64,000 bases of DNA, taken from assembly GCF_964213995.1 (NCBI RefSeq), contig NW_027590476.1:186001-250000 (forward strand), read 5' to 3'. Shown one piece after another: positions 61,582-64,000 of the stretch (positions within the stretch are counted from its first letter, which is position 1; each line of letters opens with the position of its first letter). Both the position numbers and the translations under genes were made by a program. The notes beneath the pieces are model-generated. The model worked only from the letters and a program-made list of their open reading frames with translations. It was not told the origin of the DNA and made no database searches. The stretch is from Mustelus asterias. Its lineage: Eukaryota.

Positions 61582-64000
61582 TCACAGGTTCAGTCTTATC
61601 GGAGGGCCGCACCGTCTCTGCAACCTCCTCAACACTGGCGGTAGCGCCGGTTCTGGTGACCGTGATGACCCTCTCTCCAAAACGGTGTCCAGAGACTCCT
61701 CCAGTTCCTCACGGACAGGTGGACCACGAGGTGGTGATGACCTCCTGGACTCAAGCATGCCCCGAGGTGGCGACAATCTCCTGGACTCAGGCAAGCTGTA
61801 CACAGGAGTAAGAGGGTTAAGTGGTGGTCCCGATACTGCCCGCGCCTTGTCTGGAGGGGAGATAATGGTCAAGGGGTCCCTAACCAGGGGTGCGCGAGCG
61901 ACAGGGGTTTCCAAGTCCCCTGCAGGTGCCAGATCTCGAATAGAGACCGTGTCCTCTCGCCCGTCAGGATATGCCACATAGGCATATTGAGGGTTGGCGT
62001 GGAGGAGATGGACCTGTTCAACCAAAGGGTCGAACTTGCAGGTCCTAACATGCCGCCACAGGAGGACAGGTCCTGAGTACGTCAACCAAGACGGCAGTGA
62101 GGTCCCAGAGGAAGACTTCCTCGGGAAGGTAAACATCCGCTCATGTGGGGTAGCGTTGGTTGCCGTACACAGGAGGGACTGGATTGAGTGGAGCGCATCA
62201 GAAAGTACCTCTTGCCAACGGGAGACTGGAAGACCCTTGGACCTCAAGGCCAGTAAGACAGCCTTCCAGACTGTAGCATTTTCTCTTTCAACCTGCCCGT
62301 TACCCCTGGGATTGTAACTCGTCGTACGACTTGTGGCAATCCCTTTTGAGAGCAGGTATTGCCTCAAGTCGTCACTCATAAATGACGAGCCCCTTTCACT
62401 ATGTATATAGCTGGGGTAACCAAACAGTGTGAAAAGATCCCTCAACGCTTTAATAACCGTGGCAGCGATCATGTCTGAACAGGGAATGGCAAAAGGGAAT
62501 CGGGAGTACTCGTCAATCACATTGAGGAAGTACACATTCCGATCTGTCGAAGGAAGGGAGCCCTTGAAGTCCACACTCAGTCTTTCAAAGGGCCGAGTGG
62601 CCTCAATGAGATGTGCCCTGTCAGGTCGGTAGAAGTGCGGCTTGCATTCAGCACATACCTGGCAGCTTCGGGTTATTGACCTGACATCCTCCACTGAGTG
62701 GGGTAGATTTCGGGCCTTTATGAAATGGAAGAGCCGAGTGATCCCCGGATGGCAGAGATCATTGTGGAGGGCCTGTAGCCGGTCCTCCTGCACACTGGCA
62801 CATGTTCCACGTGACAGGGCGTCTGAGGGCTCATTGAGCTTCCCCGGACGGTACATGATATCATAGTTGTAGGTGGAGAGTTCAATTCTCCACCTCAAGA
62901 TTTTATCATTTTTGATCTTACCCCGTAACGTGTTGTTGAACATGAACGCCACGGACCACTGGTCCGTGAGCAGGGTAAATCGTTTCCCAGCCAAGTAATG
63001 GCGCCAATGCCGTACGGCCTCCACAATGGCCTGAGCCTCGTTTTCCACCGCGGAGTGCCGAATTTCAGGGCCTTGGAGGGTGCGAGAGAAAAAGGCGACG
63101 GGCCTGCCCGCCTGGTTAAGTGTGGCGGCCAGGGCGAAGTCAGATGCATCACTCTCCATCTGAAAGGAGATGGATTCATCAACAGCGTGCATCGTGGCTT
63201 TCGCGATGTCAGCTTTTATCCCTTCAAAGGCTAAGCGTGCCTCTGCTGCCAGGGGAAAAGAAGTAGACTTAATAAGTGGACGGGCTTTGTCCGCATAGTT
63301 GGGGACCCACTGTGCGTAGTATGAGAAGAAGCCTATGCATCTTCTCAGTGCTTTAATGCTAGTGCGTAAGGGAAGTGCAAGGAGGGGACACATACGGTCT
63401 GGATCAGGGCCAAGGACCCCGTTTTCCACCACGTAATCCAAGAATAGCTAGGCGGCGGTTGCTAAAGACACACTTCTCCCTGTTATAGGTCAAATTCAGG
63501 CGAGACGCAGTGCGTAAGAACTGTAGGAGGTTTGCGTCGTGGTCCTGCTGGTCACGGCCGCAGATAGTGACGTTGTCCAGGTACGGGAAGGTAGCCCGTC
63601 GCCCGTTTTGGTCCACCATTCGGTCCATTGAATGCTGGAAGACCGAGACCCCATTCGTGACGCCAAAGGGGACCCTTAAGAAATGATAGAGACGACCATC
63701 CGCCTCAAAGGCCGTGTATTATCGGTCCTCTGGGTGGATGGGGAGCTGGTGGTAGGCTGACTTCAAGTCGATGGTGGAGAACACCCGGTACTGCGCAATC
63801 TGGTTGACCATGTCAGATATGCGCGGGAGAGGATACGCATCCAACTGCGTGTATCTCTTAATGGGCTGACTATAGTCTATGACCATCCGGGGTTTGTCTC
63901 CAGTTTTAACCACCATGACTTGTGCTCTCCATGGGCTAGAGCTAGGTTGAATGATCCCTTCCCTGAGGAGCCGCTGAACCTCAGATCGAATAAAGATCCA
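61582..64000 (-). mobile_element. Ty3/Gypsy pol (RT-RNaseH-integrase), defective
   Basis: IDLKSAYHQ, YLDN in place of YLDD, DASDFA, HHCC, HSERG in place of HSDRG; stop at 63719-63721, frameshift ~63440. Confidence 0.95.

Overview
Shark (elasmobranch) genomic DNA with three zones. (1) 1.2-9.3 kb: an apparently intact IgM heavy-chain constant region on + (CH1-CH4, secretory tail, TM1, TM2; all GT-AG junctions in frame). No V, D or J segment is in the window. (2) 12-53 kb: a cluster of C2H2 zinc-finger genes with no recognisable KRAB/SCAN/BTB domain. There are 7 main copies (2 clean, 2 frameshifted, 3 hit by CR1) plus relics, built from a repeated module of CpG promoter/non-coding first exon, conserved intron and acceptor, and one coding exon starting M(E/D)KPWKC. 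(3) 53.8-64 kb: a CpG-rich satellite, a 43-bp minisatellite and a defective Gypsy element. CR1/L2/Rex1/Tx1 LINEs, HE1-type SINEs and Penelope-like elements (PLEs) carrying minimal hammerhead ribozymes are spread throughout. Best leads: a Tx1-clade LINE apparently inserted twice independently at the same position of paralogous ZNF first exons, with an empty paralogous site in the window; hammerheads in the sense strand of the IgM CH4-TM intron and as a 159-nt tandem pair; a divergent CTCF-motif pair between IgM and the ZNF cluster; and an in-frame ZNF-CR1 RT fusion ORF. All calls are by eye. Repeat boundaries are approximate and repeat family names come from recognition, not from database searches.
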